Part shown: in pieces, positions 1-9,304 of the stretch
Position numbering within the stretch: position 1 is the first letter of the stretch
Layout of the letters: every line of letters begins with the position of its first letter
Virus record (IMG/VR): IMGVR_UViG_3300033141_003544
Location: 32,001 to 96,000 of that record
From: a virus
DNA: 64,000 nucleotides
Reading direction: 5' to 3' (one strand)
The notes under the pieces: model-generated
Seen by the model: the letters and a program-made list of their open reading frames with translations, nothing else
Database searches by the model: none
Told to the model about the DNA's origin: nothing
Position numbers and translations under genes: made by a program

Positions 1-1836
1 ATCTTCACTAGTTTTTGGACGTTTCTTTCTTGTTAAAGTATCTAATTGAATTTTAATGCCCACTTCAAATAAATCTAAATATAAATTAACTTGTTTTTCA
101 AATGCAGGTAGAAAATCCTCTATCATCCATCTTCTAATAGTTTTGAAATGTTTTTCCCAGAAATAAAAAACATCAAACTCTTTTTGAATACCCTCTAATT
201 CCTTTCTCATCTCTTCTAATCTACTTAACTCTTTTCTTCTTTGACTTATTAGAACTTTTAAACGGGATAAATGAAGTTTTAATTGGTCAACTTTTAATTT
301 CTTTTCTTTAATCTTTTCTTGTAAATCTTCAAAACCTTCAACAGATAGACGTTCTAACCCTTTCAGTCTTAAAGTTAATTGGAATTTTTTTTCTTTGTAT
401 TCTTTTTTAGTTTTTATTGTTGAAATTTCTTTTTCTTTTATTTTGTCTTGAGCTTCTTTAATCTTGTCCGACAAACTTTCTTTATCTGACATACTTTCTT
501 GAACTGTTTCTAATCTTTCCTGTATAGTTCTTATATTAGTTTCATCATTTGAAAGAGTTCTAATATTATTTTCTATTGTAAATATTTGATTATCTATATT
601 TCTAAGTTTCTTATTTTCATTTTTGATTTTTAGTTCAAGTTCGTGTTTTTTACTAATTAATTCTTCTTTATTTAATGTGTCCAAAATTCCTTTATTTCTA
701 TTCCACATTAATTGTATTTTACAGTTAGGGCATTTCCAATTTTTATCACCTTTTAACATTCCTTCTATATCAGATAAGTCCCTTTCTAAATAGTTTATTT
801 GTTCTTTTATATCAAATTTCCTATTTCCAAGAGTTTGCATATCTTTTTCAAGAGTTTTGGTTTGCTCTAATATTTCAGATAAACTAGGTAAACTATACAG
901 TGTCTCTTTGCATTTTTTGATTGTTTTTTCTGATGCTTTAATATTTTCTATTCTTTTTGTAAATACTTCTATATGTGATTGAGTAAACTCAATAAATTCT
1001 TTTAAATTAAAGTCAGCTTTTTCATCTAAAATATCTATTTCTTTTATACTTTCAATCAGTTGTAGTTTTTCGTTTATCTTTTCATATTTACTTTCTAATT
1101 CATGGATCTCCGTTCTTAATTCGTTTAAATTTGCAATTTTTATTTCGTATTCTTCTTGAAAAGAAATCTCTCTTTCTGAATCTTCCGATTTTAATTTTTG
1201 TTCTAAATATTCTATCTGTCCCCTAGTATTATCTAAATTACTTTTTATATTATTTTTATATCCGTTAGCTCTATTACTACATTTATCAAGAATATCCAAA
1301 TTTAAAAACCTGGATATAAGTGCCATTCTATCCTCAGAAGTGGCAGCTTTTCCTGCAAAGGCTTCGATTGCATCTATTGAAAAATAGACTGTATTTAGAA
1401 AATCATTAAAAAACTCTTTATTGTCTTCTTGAATACCAAGGAAATTCATTAGACTTCTTTGGGTTTGAGTATCAGTTAATTTAGTATGTTCATTGTCATT
1501 TACCCAAAACCTTAATTTAGTCTCTTTACCTCTTTTTCTTATTATTTTTAAACTATTTTCTTCGTCTTTTAATACAAGTTCAACGGAACATTGTTTTGTA
1601 CCTCTTCTTATTAAATCATCTAAGGCCACTCTACTATCTGGAACTCTATTAAATATGGCCCAACTTATAGCATCAAATATGGAAGTTTTACCACTCATAT
1701 TTGAGTCAGCACCACTAGAATCAAAATTTAAACCTAATACAAGAATACTCTCTTCATCTTTGTATTGGTCAAAATTGATTTCTACACTCTCTCCAAACCC
1801 TTTAAAATTTGAACATCTTATTTTACTTGGTCTCAT
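1..1836 (-). CDS. SbcC/Rad50-like (gp46-type) recombination nuclease ATPase subunit, 3' end runs off the window
   Basis: Not in the ORF track; read manually from ATG 1836: MRPSKIRCSNFKGFGESVEINF...DSNMSGKTSIFDAISWAIF (Walker A), then a long coiled coil with a CPNC hook; directly downstream of the Mre11-like gene. Confidence 0.9.
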   Translation of the reverse strand, partial: MRPSKIRCSNFKGFGESVEINFDQYKDEESILVLGLNFDSSGADSNMSGKTSIFDAISWAIFNRVPDSRVALDDLIRRGTKQCSVELVLKDEENSLKIIRKRGKETKLRFWVNDNEHTKLTDTQTQRSLMNFLGIQEDNKEFFNDFLNTVYFSIDAIEAFAGKAATSEDRMALISRFLNLDILDKCSNRANGYKNNIKSNLDNTRGQIEYLEQKLKSEDSEREISFQEEYEIKIANLNELRTEIHELESKYEKINEKLQLIESIKEIDILDEKADFNLKEFIEFTQSHIEVFTKRIENIKASEKTIKKCKETLYSLPSLSEILEQTKTLEKDMQTLGNRKFDIKEQINYLERDLSDIEGMLKGDKNWKCPNCKIQLMWNRNKGILDTLNKEELISKKHELELKIKNENKKLRNIDNQIFTIENNIRTLSNDETNIRTIQERLETVQESMSDKESLSDKIKEAQDKIKEKEISTIKTKKEYKEKKFQLTLRLKGLERLSVEGFEDLQEKIKEKKLKVDQLKLHLSRLKVLISQRRKELSRLEEMRKELEGIQKEFDVFYFWEKHFKTIRRWMIEDFLPAFEKQVNLYLDLFEVGIKIQLDTLTRKKRPKTSED

Positions 1837-1851
1837 TTGGGTTCTCAATAA

Positions 1852-2964
1852 CTATAGTTCTTGTATTTCTTTCAATATTTTTAAACCTGTTGATAGATAC
1901 TCAGGGTCATCTTCTTTTTTTTCTTTTTTTATAACATGTTTTATAGCATCTTCAAACTTACTATCCAATTTAACTTCTGGAACTCTTAATGTTACTTTGT
2001 CAGAATTAATAAAATCAAAAAATATTTTTAATGCATTATTCTCTACCATACTGTCTGTAATCCTCTTTTTGTCATAACTATGATACCACGCGTTACTCCC
2101 AATAAAAATAACTTTAATTATTGCACCTTTCAAATCCCCTTCTTTTTCTATTCTGTCAAAAATATCTATGCCACCTTCTCTTATTTCCCATTGTAAAAAA
2201 GGTCTATCATTTACTGGTATAAATTCATCAATTATTTCTCCATTATCTTTTAAACATGAATACATAAAACCTTTTGTTTCCATCCGCTCACCCATGTCTT
2301 TTTTAGCAATGGAACCTGTATAGTAAATATTAGAACCAACTTTTTGATGTTTGTGGTAATGCCCTAAATAAACCCTCTTTTGATTTTTAAAAACTAAAGG
2401 ATCTATTACATCATCTTCTACAAATTCGTGAGCTCCTAATTTAGCTCCACTGACTGCTAAATGTCCAAATACAATATAACCCTTATAATCTTTTATTGTT
2501 TTTTCTATTGAGTTTGGGGAGGGGTCCCATGGGAGCATTAGAATTTTGAAGTTTTCTCTTTTATATTCCCAAGGTTTATCAACGATTATAATGTTATCTC
2601 CTTTCATAATCTCTAGTAATTCTGATTCACCTGATAGATTGTAAGCTTTACCGTCTGTATCATGATTGCCTATAATAATAAATACCTTTATTTTTGCCTC
2701 AACTAACGGTTTGATAGTTTTTACAAATAAGGATTTTAGTTTTTCTGGAGCATTTACTTTATCAAAAATATCTCCCGCTATTACAAAAAAATCTACTTTC
2801 TTTTTGATTGCATAATCCATGGCTTCCCATAGATTATCTAATCTATCGATTAATCTTACATCCCATAAATCCTCAAGACCAAAAATGACAGTTGGAATCA
2901 TTTTTGAATGTGTATAATTACGTTTAAGTTCTAAATCACTACAAACCGCCCAACTTGCTATCAT
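1852..2964 (-). CDS. SbcD/Mre11-like (gp47-type) metallophosphoesterase nuclease
   Basis: AGDIFD, IGNHD, FGH, LGHYH and YTGS phosphoesterase motifs. Confidence 0.92.
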   Translation of the reverse strand: MIASWAVCSDLELKRNYTHSKMIPTVIFGLEDLWDVRLIDRLDNLWEAMDYAIKKKVDFFVIAGDIFDKVNAPEKLKSLFVKTIKPLVEAKIKVFIIIGNHDTDGKAYNLSGESELLEIMKGDNIIIVDKPWEYKRENFKILMLPWDPSPNSIEKTIKDYKGYIVFGHLAVSGAKLGAHEFVEDDVIDPLVFKNQKRVYLGHYHKHQKVGSNIYYTGSIAKKDMGERMETKGFMYSCLKDNGEIIDEFIPVNDRPFLQWEIREGGIDIFDRIEKEGDLKGAIIKVIFIGSNAWYHSYDKKRITDSMVENNALKIFFDFINSDKVTLRVPEVKLDSKFEDAIKHVIKKEKKEDDPEYLSTGLKILKEIQEL

Positions 2965-2970
2965 ATATAT

Positions 2971-3525
2971 TTACCTTTCCAATATTTTTTTTATTTTTTC
3001 ATCTATATTGCAAAACTCTTTTGTAAAGTCACTTAGTTTACAAATACAATAATCTTTCCATTGTATCATATTCAATTTCAGTGAATCTAACTCTATATTT
3101 AAAACCTTACTATATATAATATATTCCGGTAGATACTTTTTTGTAAAAATTATTACAGGGTATTTTATTATACCCGTTTTATTGTATAGTTCTTCAGCCT
3201 CATTTCTTATTTCTTCAAACCACTTTAGCAAAGGGCTTGTACTGTCTTTGTTTTTATTCCCTAATAGTTGATTAAAATCCCATATCTCAGTATTCTTACA
3301 AGAAACAACAAAAGGGAAGTCATTAGGACCTACAATATCCCCAACAGTAATAGCTTTTTTTGTTTTCCAATTAAGTCCTCCAGAACATGGAACAACATGA
3401 AACTCCCCCTTACCTCCAGTCCACCACTCATCTAAGATTTTAGCAACAACCCTTTCAAAATTTCTTCCCTTACGTTTGCTCTTTTTTCCCACTGCTACTT
3501 TAATAGGGTTTTTAATTTTTGTCAT
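2971..3525 (-). CDS. Holliday junction resolvase, Hjc-like PD-(D/E)XK nuclease
   Basis: SKRKGRNFER...VPCSGG...GDI...VSCKN pattern. Confidence 0.75.
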   Translation of the reverse strand: MTKIKNPIKVAVGKKSKRKGRNFERVVAKILDEWWTGGKGEFHVVPCSGGLNWKTKKAITVGDIVGPNDFPFVVSCKNTEIWDFNQLLGNKNKDSTSPLLKWFEEIRNEAEELYNKTGIIKYPVIIFTKKYLPEYIIYSKVLNIELDSLKLNMIQWKDYCICKLSDFTKEFCNIDEKIKKILER

Positions 3526-3748
3526 TTATTCTCGCCAAGTTTATAGAATTAATAATTGATGCCTTTATATTAACTAAACAAGAGTCAATTATTTTTTGTT
3601 CATTTAATTTTGGATTTAATGAGTGAATCAATTCAATATGTTGAACGAAAATGTTATGAATCAAAATATAATGATCTTCGTTTAGTTTGAAGGGCTTAAA
3701 CTCTTTAATTATTAGACTTAATATTTCTAATCTAGTCATTTTCACCAA
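3512..3748 (-). CDS. hypothetical protein
   Basis: ORF overlaps neighbours in operon orientation. Confidence 0.55.
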   Translation of the reverse strand: MVKMTRLEILSLIIKEFKPFKLNEDHYILIHNIFVQHIELIHSLNPKLNEQKIIDSCLVNIKASIINSINLARINDKN

Positions 3749-4700
3749 CTTTCAATCCGTGTGGTTCGCTATCTGTATACTCTGCAACTTCTAAACCTTC
3801 TACCCGTCCATCAGGGTACATTAACAATCTACAGCTCCTATAAGGGACACCTACTTTATTCTTTCCTGTTTTGATTGTAACTATTTTGTATTTTAATTCT
3901 CCATTACTTTTCTTTTTATTTTGAGCACTTATAGTTAACTTCAAGGCAAAGGCAAAATCTTTTCTATCTCCTCCACTAGTCCTTGTTGTTGTACCAAATG
4001 AAATTCCAGGTTTAATCCTTCTGTGATTAATCATAATCAAACATGTTTTCTTTTGTCCCATCTTATGCTTGTAATAATCAACAAAAGGTTTACCTTTTTT
4101 AAAAGTCTTTATAGGTTCATTACTTTTTATTTTTGATTTTTTTTCACTAAGTGGGTCTATTACAGAGTAACCCCCTTCCAAATCGTTCCAAAAATCTGCC
4201 CACATTTTTGAAGAAGACAATCTTGTGAACATTGTTGACTCATCCGCTATACTTTCTTCATGTTCTTTTGCAATGGTGGCTCCTATACTATCTACCACCA
4301 TTATATCAAATATATTTAGTGCTAAAGCCAATTTTGTTTTATATAAAACATCTTCCCCCGAACCTAATTCGGGCATAACAAGTTTTTCCAAATCGATCCC
4401 TGAACTTTGAGCATATTCACTTGTCATAGCCCGTTCTACATCAGCCCACCAAGCTAAACCACCCTGTTTTTGAATTAATCCAACTAACCATTGACAAAAA
4501 GTAGATTTTCCACTAGAGAACTCACCTGATATTTCCACAATTTTTCCCCGAGGGAAACCACCAATACCCAATACATGTTTATCCAGTACATCAATACCTG
4601 TGGGTATAACTTCTATTTTCTTTAATCTTTTTTTAGCGGTATTGGCGGTTTCTCCTAAAGCAGCCAAAATTTGACGTATATCATTCTTCTCATTTACCAT
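3732..4700 (-). CDS. recA: RecA/UvsX-like recombinase
   Basis: IPTG..LD..LGIGGFPRGKIVEISGEFSSGKST, DVE, VVDSIGA, KNKVGVPYR. Confidence 0.92.
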   Translation of the reverse strand: MVNEKNDIRQILAALGETANTAKKRLKKIEVIPTGIDVLDKHVLGIGGFPRGKIVEISGEFSSGKSTFCQWLVGLIQKQGGLAWWADVERAMTSEYAQSSGIDLEKLVMPELGSGEDVLYKTKLALALNIFDIMVVDSIGATIAKEHEESIADESTMFTRLSSSKMWADFWNDLEGGYSVIDPLSEKKSKIKSNEPIKTFKKGKPFVDYYKHKMGQKKTCLIMINHRRIKPGISFGTTTRTSGGDRKDFAFALKLTISAQNKKKSNGELKYKIVTIKTGKNKVGVPYRSCRLLMYPDGRVEGLEVAEYTDSEPHGLKVGEND

Positions 4701-5788
4701 AATTTTTTCTTCTCAGTCGGAGTAGTTTTTGTTTTTTCTTCCGTTGGAGTTGTTTCTTCCTTATCTGTCTCCTCTTCTGGTTCTTGAAATAATCCCTCTT
4801 CAACCTCTTCATCTAATTCCCATTTTGTATCTGAAGTTTTTTCTGTAGGAGGTGGAGATGTTTCAATTTGTACTGTTTCCGTAGGACTTTCTAAGTCAAC
4901 TTCAGTCGGGGATACACTTTTAGGAGCGGGAGGTAATGCGGCTTGGTTCCCTTCCCTCAAAGTTTTCAAACCTAACTCTATAATAGCTGCATTGAAACTC
5001 TCTCTAGAGGGGAAAATGTAATTATCCCCATCTTTTGCGTCTAAGAAGATTGGACTATCAATTAACATGTTAACAATTTGATCTGGTGTATGAGGTTTCA
5101 ATTCTTTTTCTAGTTCAATATTACAATTGTTCATAGCTTCCCATTCAGCCTCAGTAAAAATACTTTTAATATGATCGCCATATATTGCCATTAACTCTTC
5201 TGGACTCTGACCTAATGCCGCAACTGGAACTTTACCTACGAACGGAGCAACACTCTTTGGATCTGGTTCTGCTGAATAAGTAACCCCATAACGTCTTTGT
5301 TTAGAAGGGTCAATAGATTTTTTAATAATCCATTTAAACATAAAAATCAAACCATATCGCAATTTGGTAGGATCATCCGTATCTACTTCTTCTTCTTTTG
5401 TAATCAAATCATTGAAAACTTGATAAGGATATCTTGCAATCTCAACTAAAGGTTCTGCTCTATTTTGATCCATTATTAGATAAAAATACCTTGTAACAGG
5501 TCTAAGACTGCTTTGAGGTTGGTCCTCCCCTAAATCCATTCTGATCTTTTTTTCAATCGCAGCTATTTCATCTAATATACAACCTTCATCAGGTCTTATT
5601 ACCATTTTCTTTTTTAATTGTAATTCTCCGTCTACATTACGTAATGTAGGATACCAAATAAAAGAACGTCTAACAGGTCCATATAAAATCCTATGTACGT
5701 TTTCACCATCTTTTAGATCTACAAAATCGGTATGACCTTTTCTAGCCTCATCTTTATTCTTTTGCGGTTGACCTAAAATTATACCCAT
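4694..5788 (-). CDS. probable single-stranded DNA-binding protein (gp32-like)
   Basis: LKDGENVHRIL N-terminus, long acidic/Pro-Thr tail ending in an aromatic residue, adjacent to recA. Confidence 0.6.
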   Translation of the reverse strand: MGIILGQPQKNKDEARKGHTDFVDLKDGENVHRILYGPVRRSFIWYPTLRNVDGELQLKKKMVIRPDEGCILDEIAAIEKKIRMDLGEDQPQSSLRPVTRYFYLIMDQNRAEPLVEIARYPYQVFNDLITKEEEVDTDDPTKLRYGLIFMFKWIIKKSIDPSKQRRYGVTYSAEPDPKSVAPFVGKVPVAALGQSPEELMAIYGDHIKSIFTEAEWEAMNNCNIELEKELKPHTPDQIVNMLIDSPIFLDAKDGDNYIFPSRESFNAAIIELGLKTLREGNQAALPPAPKSVSPTEVDLESPTETVQIETSPPPTEKTSDTKWELDEEVEEGLFQEPEEETDKEETTPTEEKTKTTPTEKKKLW

Positions 5789-5797
5789 GTTTTCCTC

Positions 5798-6088
5798 CTA
5801 AAATAGTTTTTGTGTTTCTTGTGATTTGTTTTCTTGACTTACAAGAGCAATCTCATTTACTCTTTTTAAAAACGAATTTAAAATATCAGTATTACCTCCT
5901 TTTATAGATCTAATTTTTTTAGCTCTTTCAAGATGTTGTTTAAAACACTCTCCCCACTCTGTTGCTAATGTTTTATAATGGTTTTTTACATCTTCATTAT
6001 CTGTATCAAATTCCATAGACACTTCTGGTTTAATACTTTCATAATCTCCAATATTAATGGTATGTGAAATACCGATTGTAATTTTCAT
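5798..6088 (-). CDS. conserved phage hypothetical protein (TINIGDYES motif)
   Basis: SD plus ORF; motif recurrent in phage recombination clusters. Confidence 0.6.
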   Translation of the reverse strand: MKITIGISHTINIGDYESIKPEVSMEFDTDNEDVKNHYKTLATEWGECFKQHLERAKKIRSIKGGNTDILNSFLKRVNEIALVSQENKSQETQKLF

Positions 6089-6101
6089 TTGTTTGTCTTC
6101 C

Positions 6102-6326
6102 TCAAAACCTATTATTGTTGGTTCTGCATAATGTTCTATAACAATGTGTGAACTTCTTCACAGCCTCATCAATACTCGTTTGTCGTTGTTTTAATAAGTT
6201 AATAAACCATTTGTGTTCTTGTTTTTGGATAAATAATACACGGTCATTGGACTCACATGGTAATGCTTTTGCTAATTTCTCACACTCTTTAGTCCGTTGC
6301 TCGACTAATTTAATTAAGTCTTTCAT
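6102..6326 (-). CDS. hypothetical protein
   Basis: ATGA-coupled to the upstream gene. Confidence 0.55.
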   Translation of the reverse strand: MKDLIKLVEQRTKECEKLAKALPCESNDRVLFIQKQEHKWFINLLKQRQTSIDEAVKKFTHCYRTLCRTNNNRF

Positions 6327-6910
6327 TTTGTATAGCTCCCCGCTCTCCTAATTTCAAGTCTATCATCAATTAATTTTTTTAAGTCTGACGCTCTTTGAAC
6401 TATAGTATCTTTCATATCTATCAAACGGTCTCTTTTTATTTTTAAATCTTCTATCTCTAATTTATATTCTTTATAGACTTTATTATGTTTTGGGTTTAAT
6501 AGTATCCAATCTTCAATTTCTTGTTTAGTTATAGATCCCAACCAACTACCTATAATTCCACTTTCTTTCTTTTGCTTCCTCCATTCTAATAATGCATCTC
6601 TAGACTCATTAGTTATGTGAGCATACCACTCTTGAAAATCTAATGTTTTTTGTGAAATAGTTGACATTAATTCAGCAATAGCAGAAGCAAAAGTAGTTCT
6701 CCAAAATGAACACTGTTCAAGGTGAATGGACATATCAGCATCACTCCAATCAGAGTAATCTTTTTTAAATGAAACTATTTCATCAACTATTAAATCATAA
6801 ATCTTATCTTGAATAGTAAAAGATAAATTAAATAAACCAGAAGAAGATATATGTTCTTTAGTTAGCGGAACCCGTAAACTTTCTTTTTTTCTTATACTTC
6901 CTATTTTCAT
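6323..6910 (-). CDS. possible UvsY-like recombination mediator
   Basis: Helical coiled coil with a TKQEIEDWI...QRASDLKKLI pattern; near SSB and RecA. Confidence 0.45.
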   Translation of the reverse strand: MKIGSIRKKESLRVPLTKEHISSSGLFNLSFTIQDKIYDLIVDEIVSFKKDYSDWSDADMSIHLEQCSFWRTTFASAIAELMSTISQKTLDFQEWYAHITNESRDALLEWRKQKKESGIIGSWLGSITKQEIEDWILLNPKHNKVYKEYKLEIEDLKIKRDRLIDMKDTIVQRASDLKKLIDDRLEIRRAGSYTK

Positions 6911-6950
6911 TCTACCTTTCCCTATTAGGCTTACAGTTGATTTTTATAAC

Positions 6951-7805
6951 TTAATTCCATTTTTCTATTCTTTTAGATATTTCAATGATTTTTTCTGTTA
7001 AACTATTAGTACAACCTGTTTCCTCTAATATTTTATAAACAAGGTCTTGATTTTGTTTTGGTTCACCTATTAAATTAACTATGTTGTCAAGATTTGTACA
7101 TCTTAAATTTATCAAAGATTCCCATAATTCTAATTCTTTGCAGTTATCTATTTTTGACATTATCTTCTTTGATGCTGTACCCAATATAACCTTCTTCGCA
7201 CTAATAGGCCCAATACCGGGAACACCTGGAATATTGTCTGATTTGTCTCCTGTCAATGCAAAAAAATAAGGAAGCTGACTTGGCATAAATCCGTACTCGT
7301 CCATTATCTTTTGAGTATTAAAGACCGTCATTTTGCCTGATTTCTCAACTCCTACATGAACCCAACCGTCTGATCGATCTTCTATCAACTGTCTTAAATC
7401 TTTATCTCCCGAAATTATAAGAATATTAAAATTCTCTTTTTGTTTATTAACAATATGTCCAATTAAATCATCTGCTTCTTGCGTAGCAACTTTTAACTGG
7501 ATAACTCCTATGTTTTCTAATATAGAAGTGATCCAATTCCATTGTTCATTAAAGTTTATCTCTAGTGGGGTTCTTTTTCCTTTATATTCGGGGAACTTTT
7601 TAACTCTCCATAAGTTTTTTCTTTTGTCACCCCAACAGATTACCATCTCATCTACTTCATATTCATCCAACATTTTATTTAGAGAATTAATAAAACCATA
7701 AAAACCACCAGTTCCCTTGCCATTATAAGAAAAATCGATTAAAGCATGAAGACTCCGATAAAAAAGATGGTCCCCATCAATTAGAAATAAAATAGGTTTT
7801 TTCAT
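6951..7805 (-). CDS. 5'-3' exonuclease / flap endonuclease (PolI N-terminal or T4 RNase H-like)
   Basis: LIDGDHLFYRS, EYKGKR, EADDLIG, SGDKDLRQL, GDKSDNIPGVPGIGP. Confidence 0.95.
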   Translation of the reverse strand: MKKPILFLIDGDHLFYRSLHALIDFSYNGKGTGGFYGFINSLNKMLDEYEVDEMVICWGDKRKNLWRVKKFPEYKGKRTPLEINFNEQWNWITSILENIGVIQLKVATQEADDLIGHIVNKQKENFNILIISGDKDLRQLIEDRSDGWVHVGVEKSGKMTVFNTQKIMDEYGFMPSQLPYFFALTGDKSDNIPGVPGIGPISAKKVILGTASKKIMSKIDNCKELELWESLINLRCTNLDNIVNLIGEPKQNQDLVYKILEETGCTNSLTEKIIEISKRIEKWN

Positions 7806-8893
7806 TTATTATCCTTCTCTAAACAATCTAATTCAAATATTTCTCCCCCAACCTTTTCAAGTTTTTGACGTGTTTCTAAATTAAACTCTTTTGCACGTGA
7901 AGTAATTTTATTATAAGTGTCGTAAACAGTTCCACCAAAAGGTTGATCACTAATATCAATATTATTAGCTCTAAATGTACCCCTTTTAAGACTCATATCT
8001 CTTGCTCTGATTGTTGATTTTAATAAAACTCTTTGATCTTCATCTATGTTTAAACATGAATCTGCAAGATCTAGATTTTGAGTATATTTATTTATTTTTT
8101 TCCATATATTAAAAGCTTCTCTATCAGTTAACTTTATTTTTGTCATACTGATAAGTCTATTTGAAATCTCTTCCATTCGTAATTCCATAGAGTCTAATTG
8201 ATTAAAAAAAGTATTAACACGATTAATATAATCTTCAACTCCCCTAAATCGAATTTTAATATATCCAAAATCTTGACCCATTATTACACCATTAGAGCAA
8301 ATCATTCTATACAAACCTGTTCTTGCTGTAAGAGGTTTTGAAGTTGTGTCAGTTCCGTTAATTACAAAACCTATTTTGCTCGGATCTCCTTTATCTGCCA
8401 TAATCTCTCCAAACTTTGGGTCAGTTGTGGCTATAGCTATTTTGTCATAGTCGGCGTGGATAAAAACGGGTTCTAAGTCTGTTTCTACAAACCTGTCTAT
8501 TATACTTTCAATAGGTTGACGTACAAATGGAGCTTTATTAATCCCTATAACGTTTCCATCTTTATCATGGACTAAAGTTATCTCTTCACCACTGTTAAAT
8601 GTTTCAAGCCTGTTAATATTAGTTGATAACAAGTCTACCGGGATTTTCCTGGCAAAAGGATCTGGTATACCCAATATACGACAAAAGTTTTTGAAAGCGT
8701 TTTGAGTCATAAGCATGGGTTCTCCATTCCATTGAATAGTGCCTTCTTCAGGTCCTTCAACATTAATTTTAATCTGTTCAATAGGATGAGTAGTTAACTC
8801 AAACTGTCTTTCGGATATAATATGTTCTTTCAACTGACCTAAAGACTCAAAACTTAGTTCAGGGTTATTTAAAAAAGTCCAATCTTTATACAT
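7802..8893 (-). CDS. DUF932-like protein
   Basis: GLYRMICSNGVI motif and C-terminal YDTYNKIT. Confidence 0.65.
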   Translation of the reverse strand: MYKDWTFLNNPELSFESLGQLKEHIISERQFELTTHPIEQIKINVEGPEEGTIQWNGEPMLMTQNAFKNFCRILGIPDPFARKIPVDLLSTNINRLETFNSGEEITLVHDKDGNVIGINKAPFVRQPIESIIDRFVETDLEPVFIHADYDKIAIATTDPKFGEIMADKGDPSKIGFVINGTDTTSKPLTARTGLYRMICSNGVIMGQDFGYIKIRFRGVEDYINRVNTFFNQLDSMELRMEEISNRLISMTKIKLTDREAFNIWKKINKYTQNLDLADSCLNIDEDQRVLLKSTIRARDMSLKRGTFRANNIDISDQPFGGTVYDTYNKITSRAKEFNLETRQKLEKVGGEIFELDCLEKDNK

Positions 8894-8908
8894 TTCAACT
8901 CTCCTTAT

Positions 8909-8956
8909 ATTATTAATATAGAGTAATTATTATTAATATAGAGTAATCATTATTAA
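8909..8956. repeat. 20-bp tandem repeat, about 2.4 copies (TATTAATATAGAGTAATYAT)
   Basis: Seen directly, just upstream of the DUF932 gene. Confidence 0.8.
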
Positions 8957-8991
8957 CAATAAACCTATTTATTATTAATTTTTTTGATGTA

Positions 8992-9258
8992 TTATGACCA
9001 TTTTATTTTCTTTATTAAATACCTAAGATCTTCTAATTTTCTTTCTTGTGTTGACCTTTTTAACAATTTTTCCATTTCTTTGTAATTACTGCAACAACTA
9101 ATAATTATTTGGTTTTTTCTCCCGTATATTTCTTTAGCTAATGGATGAAGACATCTTGGACATCCTGATTTTTTACTAAAAGCAAGATAAGGACATGCTA
9201 TATTATATTCAGTATTTGCTGAGATAACAATCCCTTCATGAAATTTTAATTTATACAT
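8992..9258 (-). CDS. Cys-rich hypothetical protein
   Basis: ORF track, operon orientation. Confidence 0.5.
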   Translation of the reverse strand: MYKLKFHEGIVISANTEYNIACPYLAFSKKSGCPRCLHPLAKEIYGRKNQIIISCCSNYKEMEKLLKRSTQERKLEDLRYLIKKIKWS

Positions 9259-9304
9259 AATTACTCTCTAAATAGTATTCTTTACTATGATAAACAATAA
9301 AATT

